A stretch of DNA of 63,241 bases, counting the filler, from Phoronis australis (lineage: Eukaryota; Animalia; Phoronida): assembly GCA_002633005.1 (NCBI GenBank). It is 10 parts of 10 records of this genome, joined end to end, with 100 filler letters (N's around TTAATTAATTAA, not from the genome) between each part and the next. Parts side by side here need not be neighbours in the genome. Positions count along the whole stretch, not along the records: positions 7,689 to 19,200 come from NMRA01001689.1; positions 19,301 to 22,385 come from NMRA01003236.1; positions 22,486 to 49,472 come from NMRA01000673.1; 7 more parts are not named here. One strand, written 5' to 3'. Position 1 is the stretch's first letter. Each line of letters begins with the position of its first letter. A model generated the notes under the pieces. That model saw only the letters and a program-made list of their open reading frames with translations. It did no database searches and was not told the DNA's origin. The position numbers and the translations under genes were made by a program. Positions 13,954 through 26,934 of this stretch are shown one piece after another.

Positions 13954-15250
13954 TTAACTTTCACCCATTGATTTTTTGTGTGACTGTAAGCTATGACCAG
14001 CTTAACCACAGAATTGTGTACCAACACAAAAGGCAAGCTTCACAAGTTTAATTGAGAGTGATTCTAGATTAGATCGTGATAGTGGAAATTTCTTGAGAAT
14101 GGTACGTAATGTTATGAATTATGAACTGAAAAAAATATTTATTAACGCAGCTTTTTAATTTATTTATCACGACAAAGCTAACTTGATGAACTAATCATTC
14201 ATATTTTATAGTTAACTTGATAAACTAATCCTTCATATTTTACTGGTAAAGTTATTAATAATAAATTTTTGCTATGATTTATTAGTTTACTTTACCTGCC
14301 CAACTAGTGTGTTTGTATAAATGCAGGGAGATATAGTTCAAAAAAGGGTGGCTAAGTGTTTAACAAACTCATAAATATAATGCATTATTACAATTATCAA
14401 CCTGTTTATTTTTCATTATATGCCTTAAGTGATAGGCGAGTACTAGATTTTCAAATGTAGTAGCCTAATTGTCTAAATCGTGAAAACTTTAAACCATCGT
14501 AAAAGCTGTTAGACAAAAACTTTGCTTTTTGCCAGTACCCTGTCATTGATAAAATGCAACATTACAATAATAATGCTGTTTATTCTCCATAATATGCTGA
14601 GCACATGGGATCACAAAGTGATAAGTCTTGTAAGTTTTGGGTTCAGTACTAATCAAACGTAAGAAGGAAAACCAGGGCTTTAAAGTAACAATTCTTTCAC
14701 ACCTGTCTCCAAGTCTAATTGGGAAACTTGTTGTACAATTATGCATTAATAGTCAAGACCACTAGTGACTGCAACATCCTGTTGTGCACATCAATCATCA
14801 GTTTTGATAGCTTTCAATCCGCTGATCCCATACTTAGCCCGGCCAACCCGTGATCGACAACGCCCGAAGGCGATCGAGAACGAAATTTGGCACGAGAAGC
14901 GAAGCCAGACAATGTAAGTAAACTTGATGAATTTTTGGTTCTTTTTACTTTCAATATGAAAACAGACACATGAGTTTAAGGCATAACACATTAAGGAAGG
15001 ACAGGTGGAGGTTTAGGCCAGTGTGTCTTCCAATTATTAGAGAAAAATTACGGTAACCAAAGCATCCCATGAGCCCAAGGTGATTTGTATGTCATTTTGG
15101 TTATTTTTGGGTCTATATCAATATGGTAATCATGGCATTATGAAAAAATGACTAACAAAAATATAATGCAACACTAGTGCTCCGTAGTTTTGTCAGGATC
15201 TCTGATTTTTGGACAATTTTCTGTTGAAAGAAGCCATCGGGAAAGCAACG

Positions 15251-16141
15251 ATGAGCGATCGGGAACACAAATTTGTGTTTGTTTATGCGATCAGGAACGC
15301 ATTGCAGTGTGTTGAACGATGGTGAGCTTTTTACTTACAAAAAATTTAAAAGTTAAAAAACAAGTGTGGTGCAATGAATTTCCGTAATCATATTTGCATC
15401 ATTACTGTGTTACTCTCATGTCAAAAACTAAAGCATATTACCATAAAATCGCCATAAGCACTACATGTACATCAAGCCTACTATTTTAGTTATAGATATT
15501 TTTCCAAATGATTATAGTTTTATTTCAGGAAACTATTTCATTGTTATTATTGCGAGGCGAGCTTCAACAAACATGAAAAATTATTGCCCACGCTGTGGAG
15601 ATGCACCCTACCAGGGTTTTGAAAAACAGACAACTACTTTTAGGCGAAACCACTAGAAACAATTAAGGGGCTAAGACTCACCCAGGAGTTGTTCCACGTG
15701 GGGGAAAACAAATTGTTGCAGCAAATGAAAGCGAGTGTCGAACCTTCTTGCAAAACTGTGACAGCAAAGGAAAAAACCGAATACGCCAGTGAAGTCAAAG
15801 AATTGTAATGAGTTTGCCAAAGAAAATCTGAAAATGTATGAGACCCCCAGTAATGAAAAATTAGAAGGTACCAGTTATGCTTCTTGGTTTCCCAAGTCAT
15901 AGAGACAATGAAAGAAAATGGTCTCATGGAATCTTATGTGAAACTGATTGAACTTCTTGCCTTAGGTAGACTGCCTTTGAACAATATATGTTTCCTATTA
16001 TTCCTGGATGTAGTTAAGTGGTTTTCAGTGGAAAACACTACCAAAATGCATTACCAAAATCTACAAACTCTTCGGTTCTGGGAAATTGGCTACCAGCTGT
16101 TTCATGGACTGGAGGAAGCATCTTCGGAAAAAAGGGAATGA
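15251..16141 (+). pseudogene. Decayed, 3'-truncated spliced gene with an N-terminal C2H2-like finger; probably transposon-borne
   Basis: Exon MSDREHKFVFVYAIRNALQCVER(W)|gtgagc, then acceptor tttcag near 15528. It continues KLFHCYYCEASFNKHEK, a frameshift to IIAHAVEMHP, internal stops, and the protein-like block LIELLALGRLPLNNICFLLFLDVVKWFS...FWEIGYQLFHG. Confidence 0.5.
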
Positions 16142-16622
16142 TTGTGTAGTAATTACACTGGAAATCAACAATATGAAAGCAAATTCCATAATAATATTAA
16201 TCTTTATCACACATCTAAAAATTGGTCATACAAAAATATATAAAATATCACAGTCACTGAACATTTTCCACGAGGTATTTTTGGAATGCAATGGACTAAA
16301 TCATCACAGAATCATAGACAATGTATCTCCAACCAGTAGACAGTATAAAATTATCTCACAGGAAATCAACATCAATATGAAAGCAATTTCAAAAAGTATT
16401 ATAGACTCATATTTCCTTTTAAAAATCTAATGGTAATAACAATGGTCAATTGTACTTACATGTAGTATGGTCATTTACATTTATCTAAACATTACGAAAA
16501 TGCACTGGTTCTGTTAAGGATAGTTAAAATAACACAAATATATAAACTTTAGAAAAAAGGTTCAAAATATTAACACATCAGACAATTGCCAACCATAAAC
16601 TATGTAAATTTCGCTACTGGAT

Positions 16623-17642
16623 TTAATGAAGTTTCTGCTTTTTATGCCTGCAGAGGGAGGCATAGTGTTTGTACGACTTAACACATTCACAACAAAAAGC
16701 AGTGTCCTTGTGTTGTGATGCAATGTGTCGTTTCAGGCTCATTTTCTCTGTAAAACATTGATCGCAGGTAGGACACTGAATTGTATTAATTATCTCTTGA
16801 GCACAATGCTTCATGTTGCGATTTCTTGTATCGGTTGAAAAACTTCTTGCCGCATGAAACACATGAAAACGCTTTATAGTTTGCGTGCTGGCTCATGTGA
16901 TCTTGAAACTTGGTTCGTCTTACGAACACTTTCCCACTGTCTGTCACGGGGCAGGTAGACATCTTGGTTGCAGTAGTGTCACTCTGTTTCGTTGCCATGT
17001 GGTCAAGCAGTGTCGATTTTTTACTAAACGAAGCTCCACAATACACACACAGTTCTTTGTCACAAGGGCTAGTACTCTTTTTTGAAGGCGCAGACGTTAG
17101 CAAACTGAAAGGCACGTCTTGGGGCAGAAGTTCAACTGAAAAATATCAAACGCATTTCAGTTATACTTGTTAGGCTAAATCTCACAAAAAATCCTGGAAA
17201 CAGTGAACTATAATAAACAATCAACCCATCATCTATTCCAGGGTCTTTTTTAAATGTAAAACTGACATAACACCGTTAACTTGAACGAGTATTCAGGCCA
17301 ATGCAGAGAAAAAAGAATGTGCGTTCACAATTGCTTTTTTGAATTGTTTCACAAAACATCACAACCAAAGGTGTCACCAGGGGCACTTCTCTACTTTAGA
17401 ACCCTGGAATTGCTAATAACAAGTAGAATTTGTCGACTTTACGAGGCGCAAGGCATATTACCAAAGGCCATTATTTTCTGCGCCCATTATTTCATAAAAT
17501 AAGCAAAAGCCAAGCATCATTTCAGATCAGCAACAAAGGCTAAGCTCTGACACTTTTCTGTGCGTTGCATTCGTACAAAGTAGCCTCTATTTAAGAAGAA
17601 ACTGAACTTAAACTCACCAGGTACGTCACTGTCATCTGCCAT
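16623..17642 (-). pseudogene. Two-exon C2H2 zinc-finger gene (about 5 fingers) with a frameshift
   Basis: Exon 1 at 17642-17618 (ATG...MADDSDVP, G|gtgagt) splices in frame to exon 2 from 17135 (tttcag|). Fingers: CVYC..HMATKQ, CPVTDS..HMSQH, CVSC..HEALC, then a frameshift near 16790, CPTC..HIASQH and CEC..HKKQKLH*. Zn ligands are mutated in fingers 1 and 2. Confidence 0.75.
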
Positions 17643-18265
17643 TTTTGTTGCGAAGTCTGGTTCTCGATCACCTTCCGGGTATTCCCGATCACGGGTCGGC
17701 CAGGGTGATACTCGCATGGAGTTCACTGACATGTTACAAATAGTTAAATTTGAATAAATTTCCAAAATTTAAACAGCATTGCTAAATCACCCAGTAAATG
17801 ACTCACTGTATTCTTGGTCGTTTTTATTTTTACCACTTTGGCTTCCTTTGAATTGTACCTGCACATACCCAAATATAGCTGCATAGAATTTTTAAATGGA
17901 AGGAGTGAAAATTTTGCAGTTATCTCTCCTATGTACCGAGATTAGGGCGTAGTTACTCCAGCCGCCGGCACATGTAGGCATTTTAAGTAGCTGTAGGCCT
18001 ATATCAACCCAACCGCCAGAACACAAAGTAGGTGTTTTAACCCTCTTGACCAATTTGAGAAAGGGGCTCCACCACACTCGGGTTGCCTACCGCCCGCCAA
18101 ATCCAATCACCGATTAAGAGTTTTCACTCACCTCGTCAAAAATACATTCTACACTTAAAACTATAACTTGTTCCGGCCACATTGTCCTACGTCAAAAATC
18201 ATTCAATTTTCCCACCCTCTTCCTCCCAGATTTCGTCATTCTCTCGTACTTCAGTCTACGTGGCC

Positions 18266-18460
18266 GGCGCTTTTTATTGCCCATCTTACCAGAGATTACC
18301 TATTATACGTTATTTACCTGTTTTCATTATATTGTAATTGTATTAGTCATAATAAATGACCTTATATCGCCTACCTCGGTCTCCTTTTCATCTCTGGTAA
18401 TGAGCTTGCGACGCACGTATCATTTATCTTTATTCGGGACATATGTCGATCATAAAAATT
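18266..18460 (-). repeat. Inverted copy of the 9339-9534 repeat
   Basis: Reverse-complement match over ~195 bp. Confidence 0.85.
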
Positions 18461-20047
18461 AGTTGTCAAGGTTAAATTCCTGGAAAGTGAATACCCATGC
18501 AAACCTTTGACAGGCATTTCAAATTTTAAAGGGTTGGGGTTCAGCAAGGACTCTGGTTTAGTGAAGAAATGGACTGGTAAGTTTTGACTTCCAACACTGT
18601 ATTTATATTGATATGATTGTTAATTAACATATTTCATTCTTAAATAAGTAGTTTTGGTATTACAAACAAAAGGGAATTGTTTTTTGAAACTGATTCTGTG
18701 GCTGGTTTAATGGAAATAAGCATGATTCATCTGTGCTCAAATGCAAGTTAAACTTCAGTGCTCAAGAGTTCGTGTAATTCTGTGATTTAAACAAAGCCCT
18801 AAATTAGCTTAATTTCAAAATCTTTTTTGTCAACCAAATTGCCATGTGTTTCTAATGGGTTTTGAAAAAATAGATGTTTGGTCTTCTCAAAAATTGATGT
18901 GGGGGTCATTTTTTTCTTCAACGCATTAAATAACTTATGTCCCCTTGAAAAAAGAATGTTCATTTGTATTTTCAAAAAGTTCCACCCTAAAATTGGTTTC
19001 AACTTGTTTAATCAACTTGGATGAGAATAGAAATGTCATTTTAATGGTCTTGCAAAGAGCTGCTAAATCTAGACCATTTGTTCTGTGATTAAAATGATCA
19101 TATGTCTAGAAATCTATTTTGCGAACCAAGTCTGAAACAATGACATCACAAATTTTCAATACTTTCCAAACCGTGAGATCACGGCTGGTAGCCGCGGCTG
19201 NNNNNNNNNNNNNNNNNNNNNNNNNNNNNNNNNNNNNNNNNNNNTTAATTAATTAANNNNNNNNNNNNNNNNNNNNNNNNNNNNNNNNNNNNNNNNNNNN
19301 ATTTAATGACCCACACTGAAAGGAAACCCATGAGATACAACCAGGAAACACAATGACAGCAGAAATTTGACATGAATCATCCATGGAAACAGTTTTCTGT
19401 GTTCAAACAGGCATTGTATGCTTTGCCAGTTATATTTAATGGAATGATGTACGTGTAACCAGAAGGTCACCATTCAAGAACTCAGGGTTCTCTATCAACT
19501 CAGGGGAGAGGAGCCACTGCTTTCTGAGATTACTTTTGGGAGACTGGGGTGAACCTTCCCACTCTGGGGTGACACTTCCCACTCCGCATACCATCAAGGG
19601 CCCATAACAGGGTTAAGAACAGACTACTTAATGTCAAGTCATGTAATTTTAGAATTGGGCAACCCTGGGTTGTTGGAGAGCAGGTTGTGGACTCAGAAAT
19701 CCCATGAATGACTTTCTTTGCTCAATAATACGTAATCACCCACCACCTGAGGTAAACTCACCAAGATTTTGTTCTCCACATCGAGGCTGTAAACACCAGA
19801 AAGGCATGACCATGAAGTGAGGATTTACTCAATAATAAAATCTATTTTGAGCCAAGCATCAGTGGAAGGAAAAAGTTTTTAACCTTGAGGTGATATTTTA
19901 ATCATTGGGGGTCCTGGCTGATGATGTGAATTTCGTGTGACTTTTAACATTTTTCAGAGAGGAATGTGGCCAATATTCAACAACACAATCATGGCCCTTG
20001 CAACTGCACAAAACGTCTTCCTATCTGTTGTCACCATAACTGCTTAC

Positions 20048-20104
20048 CGACTCTGAGATCTTTTTCACCACTCTGGCAAACCCCACAGCATCGTCTAATT
20101 GGTC
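20048..20104 (-). CDS. PARN: Poly(A)-specific ribonuclease, internal exon
   Basis: ttgtag|DQLDDAVGFARVVKKISES|gtaagc; compare human EELNDAVGFSRVIHAIANS. Phase 0-0. Confidence 0.9.
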
Positions 20105-20385
20105 CTACAATTTTCAAGTAAAGCCACAATTTAGACTTATAGACAGATGTCTCCAATACTTTTGAGCTTAAAAACGCTGTAATGTCTTTCAGAAGCACTG
20201 AATTTATATTTTCTAATATTTCAAGATATTTGCAATAGGGTTGATGAGACAAAATACTTTTTGGCACTAGGCAACCATTTCAATGGAAACAACACTAACT
20301 GTTGTCCTGTAGGTAACTGCTAATACCACAGAACAACATAGAGCAACAGCTTTCTTTCCAAGTGGCCAAAGCCACAAAAACGTAC

Positions 20386-20512
20386 AAACTCTGCTTGTCG
20401 CCTGGCAGCTTCCTTTTTCTTTCTGTCTTCCTCACACTCAATCCTGGACACAACAATGAACCTCTGTTTCTTGTCATTATGTTTTGTCTCCAGGTGAACG
20501 CTATTTCTAAAC
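20386..20512 (-). CDS. PARN: Poly(A)-specific ribonuclease, internal exon (R3H domain, C-terminal part)
   Basis: ttgtag|(K)FRNSVHLETKHNDKKQRFIVVSRIECEEDRKKKEAARRQAEF|gtacgt; compare human [36 protein letters not shown]. Phases are compatible with both neighbouring exons. Confidence 0.88.
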
Positions 20513-21642
20513 CTACAATTAGTAAACACCCAGAGAATTACTGAATCATAATTAAAATAGTAAGGGTAATACACTTACCAAAATCAAAAGAAGGTGGAAA
20601 TGAAATTGACGGCCACAAGGGTTTAGTTACGCGAAGGAGTGCCCCTTCCTATTGAAGAGTTGGGGGTCTTCCCCAAGAAAGTTTTGGCAATTAAGAACTA
20701 TTTTCTTACATTTTGGTGAAGTCTTACTATTTCCCTAACGTGAATGTAGAAAAAAACACCAGAGCATGTTTTGCACAATGCACTGTGGAATTCAAACACA
20801 AATTCCAAGATCAAGAAGTTGATTAAGAAGTTGGAAAAGAGGGCAGGAAAATTTAATCAGGGCACAAAGTCAATGGCTGAAATAAAAAGAGGAAGTGTCC
20901 TGTCAAAAGAGTCCATGGACAAACTCATAGTACAGTGTACCCATAACTGATTCCCATCCATTTTTCCAGGAAATGATCAAATGCTTGACAAGCCAAACGC
21001 ATTTCTATAAAGTCTGTTTGAATTTCAAACTCAAGCGGAACAACATCCCGCAGGCCTTTAGGTTCAGTGCAACCCACATGTCAAATTTGTGCAATCGTAC
21101 TTCATTACAGTGTGGCTAATCAAGACAAGAAAAAGAGTGTGAACTTTCCTCATCGAGAAAAATATGAGAATTATCAAAATCGTATTTTTTGTCAACAAGT
21201 CACACCTATACAAAGGTGGCATTCTGCTGGTCGTAAAGGGTTTGAAACTTTTTATAAGATACATGCACATGCCTTTGATTTCATGGCTTGATATTATCTA
21301 AAAACTATGGGAAGAACTGCGACATTTGTTAAGTAGCCAAAAGTATTCAACCACTGCCTTGCAATCACAGAGTGTAGCCTCTGGAGTATGAATAGAACCA
21401 GAGTCTGTTTTGCCAATACTTCGTCCACAACTCCTAACTGCTGACATTGCGTTTAAACTGAATTGCTTGTCAGAGCATGCCAACCATATTTTCAACCCAA
21501 CTGACGACTCCTAGCACACTGTTGCCTTCTCATTGCCAACTGGATAGACAAAAACTCCATGGCTTGTGCTCTACTATTCAACACGACAAAGGTTCACGAA
21601 AAAGCATGAAGATTTGCATATTAAGAATCTGCCAACACTTAC

Positions 21643-21759
21643 TTTAACTGTATAGTCTGATAGATCAGCTTCCTCTGGAATGCATTGATGGAAGTCTCTA
21701 AACACATGGAGTCCTCTTCTGAGTTCTGCTTGCTTTGTATGAACTCTTCAACCCTTTTT
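21643..21759 (-). CDS. PARN: Poly(A)-specific ribonuclease, internal exon (R3H domain)
   Basis: atgcag|KRVEEFIQSKQNSEEDSMCLETSINAFQRKLIYQTIQL(K)|gtaagt. FQRKLIYQT is identical to the PARN R3H motif. Confidence 0.9.
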
Positions 21760-23735
21760 CTGCATGATAAAAAATGTTCTTAAACTGACAAAAGACACTG
21801 TTAAGAGTTCTTGGCTCAAAAAATTAGTGCTCACTGATGAATTGAATTGGGGGCCATGCAATAAAATATGAAAAAGTGTATTAATCAAATCTTATGACAC
21901 ATCCCCTGTGTATGAATGTGAGCGTGACTGTGCGCGCGAATGCTTATACTGTTTGGCTTTGTTGTATTTGCATTACGATAACAATAAAACTTTTTGACAA
22001 AAAAATCTTATGACACATACACTGACTTATCTAAATGTAATATCATGTCACCTAGAGGCAATGAGGCTGGTAGCAGGTAATGTTTACAAGACACCTGTAT
22101 ACAATAATTAGAAACCAAACTAGCCAGAAAACTAACTAAAAGAGAGTGACAAAAATCAACTTCCTGCAACGAACAAACAAAAATCTTTCTATAAATCAAT
22201 CTGAACTCAAGAATTTGCCAAACATAAAATTTTAACATTTTCAGATAAATGAACCATCAGATCACAAACAAGTTATAAATTCGAAACAATGGAAGAAGCC
22301 CTGTTACTCTCAATAACTTGGAATGAGATCTTTTGAAGATCCTAAGTTACAAAATCCATCCCGTCTGTAAAACACAAAAGCCACANNNNNNNNNNNNNNN
22401 NNNNNNNNNNNNNNNNNNNNNNNNNNNNNTTAATTAATTAANNNNNNNNNNNNNNNNNNNNNNNNNNNNNNNNNNNNNNNNNNNNATATGTTCGTCTGGC
22501 GGGTACTCCCCACCACTGAAATTGTCTGGCAGTGACCAATTTTGATACAATGGATGACGTAGCAGGTATTGAAGGCAGTTTTAAGTGGTTACCAGAAAAG
22601 TTGATCTAGCTCAATTTTTTAGTGTAATTCTCTTGGCTCCCCTCACCACACCCACCAGAGCGAACCTGCCAGACGGCCATTTCCAAGCATCAGGATACCC
22701 ATAGAGCACTGTGGCACCAAAGAAAATTGGTTACCTTTTCATGCCCAAAAAAGCTCTGGGATCCCGGTCTATACACGCTTGTGGTCCACAGCTTTTGCGC
22801 TCGTACATGTAGCTGGTTCTTTCCGTAATGCATCTTCCACGCTATACATGTACATGTAATACTATATATTGCGCAACCAGTTCGAAGCAAAAGTTGTTGT
22901 GTTTGAAATAGCCTTTAGTTACCCAAAAGACCAAATCCGTTTTTTCGTGTTGGCATTAACCACTTGATTGCGTTGGAAAGCATCTTATTTGTAAGAGTAC
23001 TATGAGTTCCTGGGTGATTCACTAAGGCTTCAATAAAAAATTACAACTTACCACCAGCTTCTGTTTCTCTATCGTTACTCAGATCCGTTTTCTTTGAGAA
23101 AAAAATGAATTTTTGTTCATTGCACAGTAGAGAAGACAACGGAAACGGAGTGGTAGTGCGCAGTGCCACTGCCGGTCGCCCGGGATATCACGCAATCGTG
23201 AGGGAGTCTTAGTTCTGTTACGACTGCGCTGGTATTCTGAATAGAAGACACAAAATAAAACTGCACACATTGTTAAATCTTGCTTCAGCTGTATAATGTT
23301 AATTACCGGGGTTAGTTAATAAACTCAATATTTCCTCACGCTCTTTCTGTTTTATGTTTGCGGCTGCCAAAGGGGGCTGCCAGACCCACCCACTTAATCG
23401 GCCTATGACTTCAGACACAAACTCATCAGTTACATGTACTTGTGGTCATCATAGCTGTCCCTCCCTTCGTCACTCCAATGTATATATCATATAAAAATTG
23501 TAATTTTGTTTATTTAATTTAAATCGATTTAATTTATTTGATGTATTTATTTATTTTTAATTCAGTATGTAAATTCAATTTGTAAAATATTCATTTTGGT
23601 TAAATGTTACTTAATTTAATCTATTGACCTGTCTTAATCCATCTAATTTGTTTTTTGGTGTAGAGGACCTTGCTGTGTATTAGCCTCTGGCTAAAGCATG
23701 TTTTATATCTATATTTTATCCTTATCAATAAAGTT

Positions 23736-24145
23736 TATTATTACTATTGCTATTACTATTACTATTACTATTACTATTACTATAACTATTACTATTACTA
23801 TTACTGTAACTATTACTATTACTATTACTATTACTATTACTGTAACTATTACTATTACTATTACTATTACTATTACTGTAACTATAACTATTACTATTAC
23901 TATTACTATTACTGTAACTATTACTATTACTATTACTATTACTATTACTGTAACTATTACTATTACTATTACTATTACTATTACTGTAACTATTACTATT
24001 ACTATTATTATTACTATTACTGTAACTATTACTATTACTATTACTATAGGTATTACTATTACTATGACTGTTACTATTACTATTAATGTAACTATTACTA
24101 TTACTGTTACTGTTACTGTTACTGTTACTGTTACTGTTACTGTTA

Positions 24146-24180
<35 letters not shown>
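23736..24180. repeat. Compound microsatellite: (TATTAC)n with periodic TGTAAC, then (TGTTAC)n and (TAT)n
   Basis: Read directly from the sequence. There is a 36-bp higher-order unit of about (TATTAC)5-TGTAAC. Confidence 0.95.
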
Positions 24181-26934
24181 GATTCAAAGACGATCATCTG
24201 ACAATTATAATTTAATCTTGATAGAATTTGATGACGATTCAATAAACTTAGATGCAGGCAGAACTTTTGAGTAAATTCTAACATGCGGCCTCCCCCTCCA
24301 AATGTCCAAATACTGTAGCTGGACTTTTGTCGTTTTTGTTTCCTCAGATTTTCTGAGACATCTCGTGTCCTTCAATGGCATATTGACTACGATAAGTCCT
24401 TGGATATGGTCACGTAGGATCTCGAACTGCCTCTAGAAATTATACTCTCTACACTCTCGTTACACGACGAAGATAATTTTATTCTGGCGCTTCCTACTGT
24501 AGTTTGTTAGGAGAAGTCTCCAGGTCAGTGATACAAATACTGTAGCATCCTGCACACCTCTGTCAAACCTGTTCTCCTTGCACAGGATATCTACATTTTC
24601 ATTACTAACTCATGAGTGCGTTCGTGTGCGTGATTATAAGAAGCTGATGAAATTCATTCACCCGCAGCCCGTCTATATTGATACATGGGCGGCGCACCAT
24701 AGGGGGCTGGGGGGGCTGGGGGGGGCTATAGCCCCCACTTTTTTCAGTGGTACGCCGCACATGTGATACATCCGTTCTTTGAGCGGTTGTTCAGTCTCGC
24801 CCACATACAGTAAACCTCCTAGCATTGACCTCCTTCACAGTGAGTACCATAGACGACCCCTCTAATACGCTCCTTTCCCTGATGGCTTTTAGGGTGCACC
24901 GAGAGATTTCTCTGGGCTTTAAGAGTGAAATATGGCTCACAGCAGGCAAAAATACCCAGAGGGGTGATAAACCCAAAGTCATGGATTTGAACCATACATT
25001 TACATGCATTAGTAAAGTTCAATCTCATTTTACCTTGTTTAACTAGGAGATATCAGGTGGCCTCTATTTTGGGGGTAAACCAGGCAATGGACTCGCCGAA
25101 AATGGCATATTTGCAATGCATAATAACAATTATAGGTGAAAAAATCATTATTTGTTTTTTAATAAACCAAGTCCTTTGCTTGATGATGGATTTAAATCAT
25201 TCTCATTAACTATACCGCTAAGTTCAAAATTTCAGGCTTAAAATACAGAAAGGTCAGAGGTTAATGAAGCATTGCAATTTTCCCAGTATTTGAGCTCGTA
25301 TTTCTCATCTGGCACAACACTGTTCAATACCAGACGTCTATACCAGAAGTTTTGTATCTGAATGTTGTTTATTAAAAAAAAACCGTCTGGCTGTGAGCAT
25401 TTTCATATGGAATTCACAAGCTTGAGACAACCACTTCCGTCGAAATAACTTCAATTCCGATACTTGTTTGGAACACTTTAACACCAGTAAAGTACATAGT
25501 TTTCATTGATATTCACTTTTAGTTCAATGCATTAAGGCGCATTTATTTCAGTTATTTTTTTCCATTTTCACTAAAATTCCGCGTTTTTAGTGAACCCAGT
25601 GTCCAACAACAGGTGTCACACTAGTGGTGGGAAAATGGCTGACGATGCTGACTTGCAGTGTTAAATACTGTGATAGAATGTGTGGGACCTCAAAAGAATA
25701 TCCTCTGCACATGTGTGAAACCTATTAACAATCACTTGGTGCAGCATAAAGTGACGACGAAGTCATCACACATATAAACTCCATTACAACTGATTTTGTC
25801 GAGAGTCGGACAATTTACAAATGCGTGATCCCTGGCCCTGTCTGTGTGTCCAAGACACCGAACTTATCTTGGAATTTAATGGAAACCAAGTAGACTTTGC
25901 AAATATCCATTTCATTTTTAGAAGCTTGCGTGCCAAGCCAGAAGTGGGGATGCAGGTTGAATTGTCTTCAGTCGACTTGCTACCACTGGAACAAAACAAT
26001 GAGTGTGCTCTTCCCCGTTGGATCTGGTGAGTACTGCTGTGTTTGAATTTGAAGTTTGAAACAGCAGGTATTGTGGAACAAATTCAGTTTATTACCCATG
26101 CACCCACCCTAAACTATTGGGGGGCTTAAACTTTTCGGTATGCAGAACTTTTACTGTCAAGAATCAACGATGACTAAAGAAAAAAAACAAAACAAAAAGC
26201 GGGCCACTTGGTTCTGGCCTGCGAATTGTGCATCCGGGTAGAATTCCTGTGCAATTGTGGACTTGTGTCTCGTTTACTCGGACTTTTTGTTTCGCTGAGG
26301 CGGACGTCTTTGCCCAATTCGCCAAATTGGGGGGCTCGTTCGAGCCCCCTGAGCCCCCCTGGGTGCGCCCATGTCGTAGCCCGCCCGCCGAATTTGGTGG
26401 ACAACATATTTGCCACGGCTTAGTGAGCCGTTGGGTAACTTCGGGCAAATTTTAAAAGACGTTAGACACTCTATTGTTTCTCAGATTAACAGCCACTTGT
26501 GCCTGCCTTTCCCCCCTCAGCACGGTGGGGGAACCCAAAATCGTATCAAATACCCTGCAGTGGAAGTAACTGGTTCTCCTTTCAGGAAATTTACAAATTG
26601 ACTGACCACGCATGCACTATAAAAATGTAACAACTGTATTTGTTCTTTTACAGAGTAGAGAAAATTCAGTAGGTCTGCATCACTGTAAACAAGTGATGAA
26701 CAGTCTTGAGATACTGTCATGTGGCCGTTGTTAGAATCTAGGCTAGCCTAGAGCCATTCAGTTCACTTACTAGTAGGTCTTGCATCAGTTGCAAGTTTAG
26801 TTCGAGATGACATGCATCTAATGGCAACGTGTTGCAAGCAGAAAACGCAATACCTCGTTGACTCCTACTTTTGAATAACCATTATTGTCGCTATGCGTCT
26901 TCTTCTTACTTCGTTACAGAAAGTATTATTCACA

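Noticed and set aside
23052-23236. Exon-like segment on the minus strand (candidate upstream PARN exon)
   Set aside because: It has stops in all three frames, no PARN similarity, and lies on a different contig.
23670-24284. Poly-Tyr, Ile-Thr and Ile-Val ORFs
   Set aside because: They are translations of the TATTAC microsatellite.
24684-26373. Single hAT-like element bounded by CATGGGCG...CGCCCATG
   Set aside because: The flanking 8-mers (TATTGATA versus TCGTAGCC) do not form a TSD, so these are probably separate fragments.
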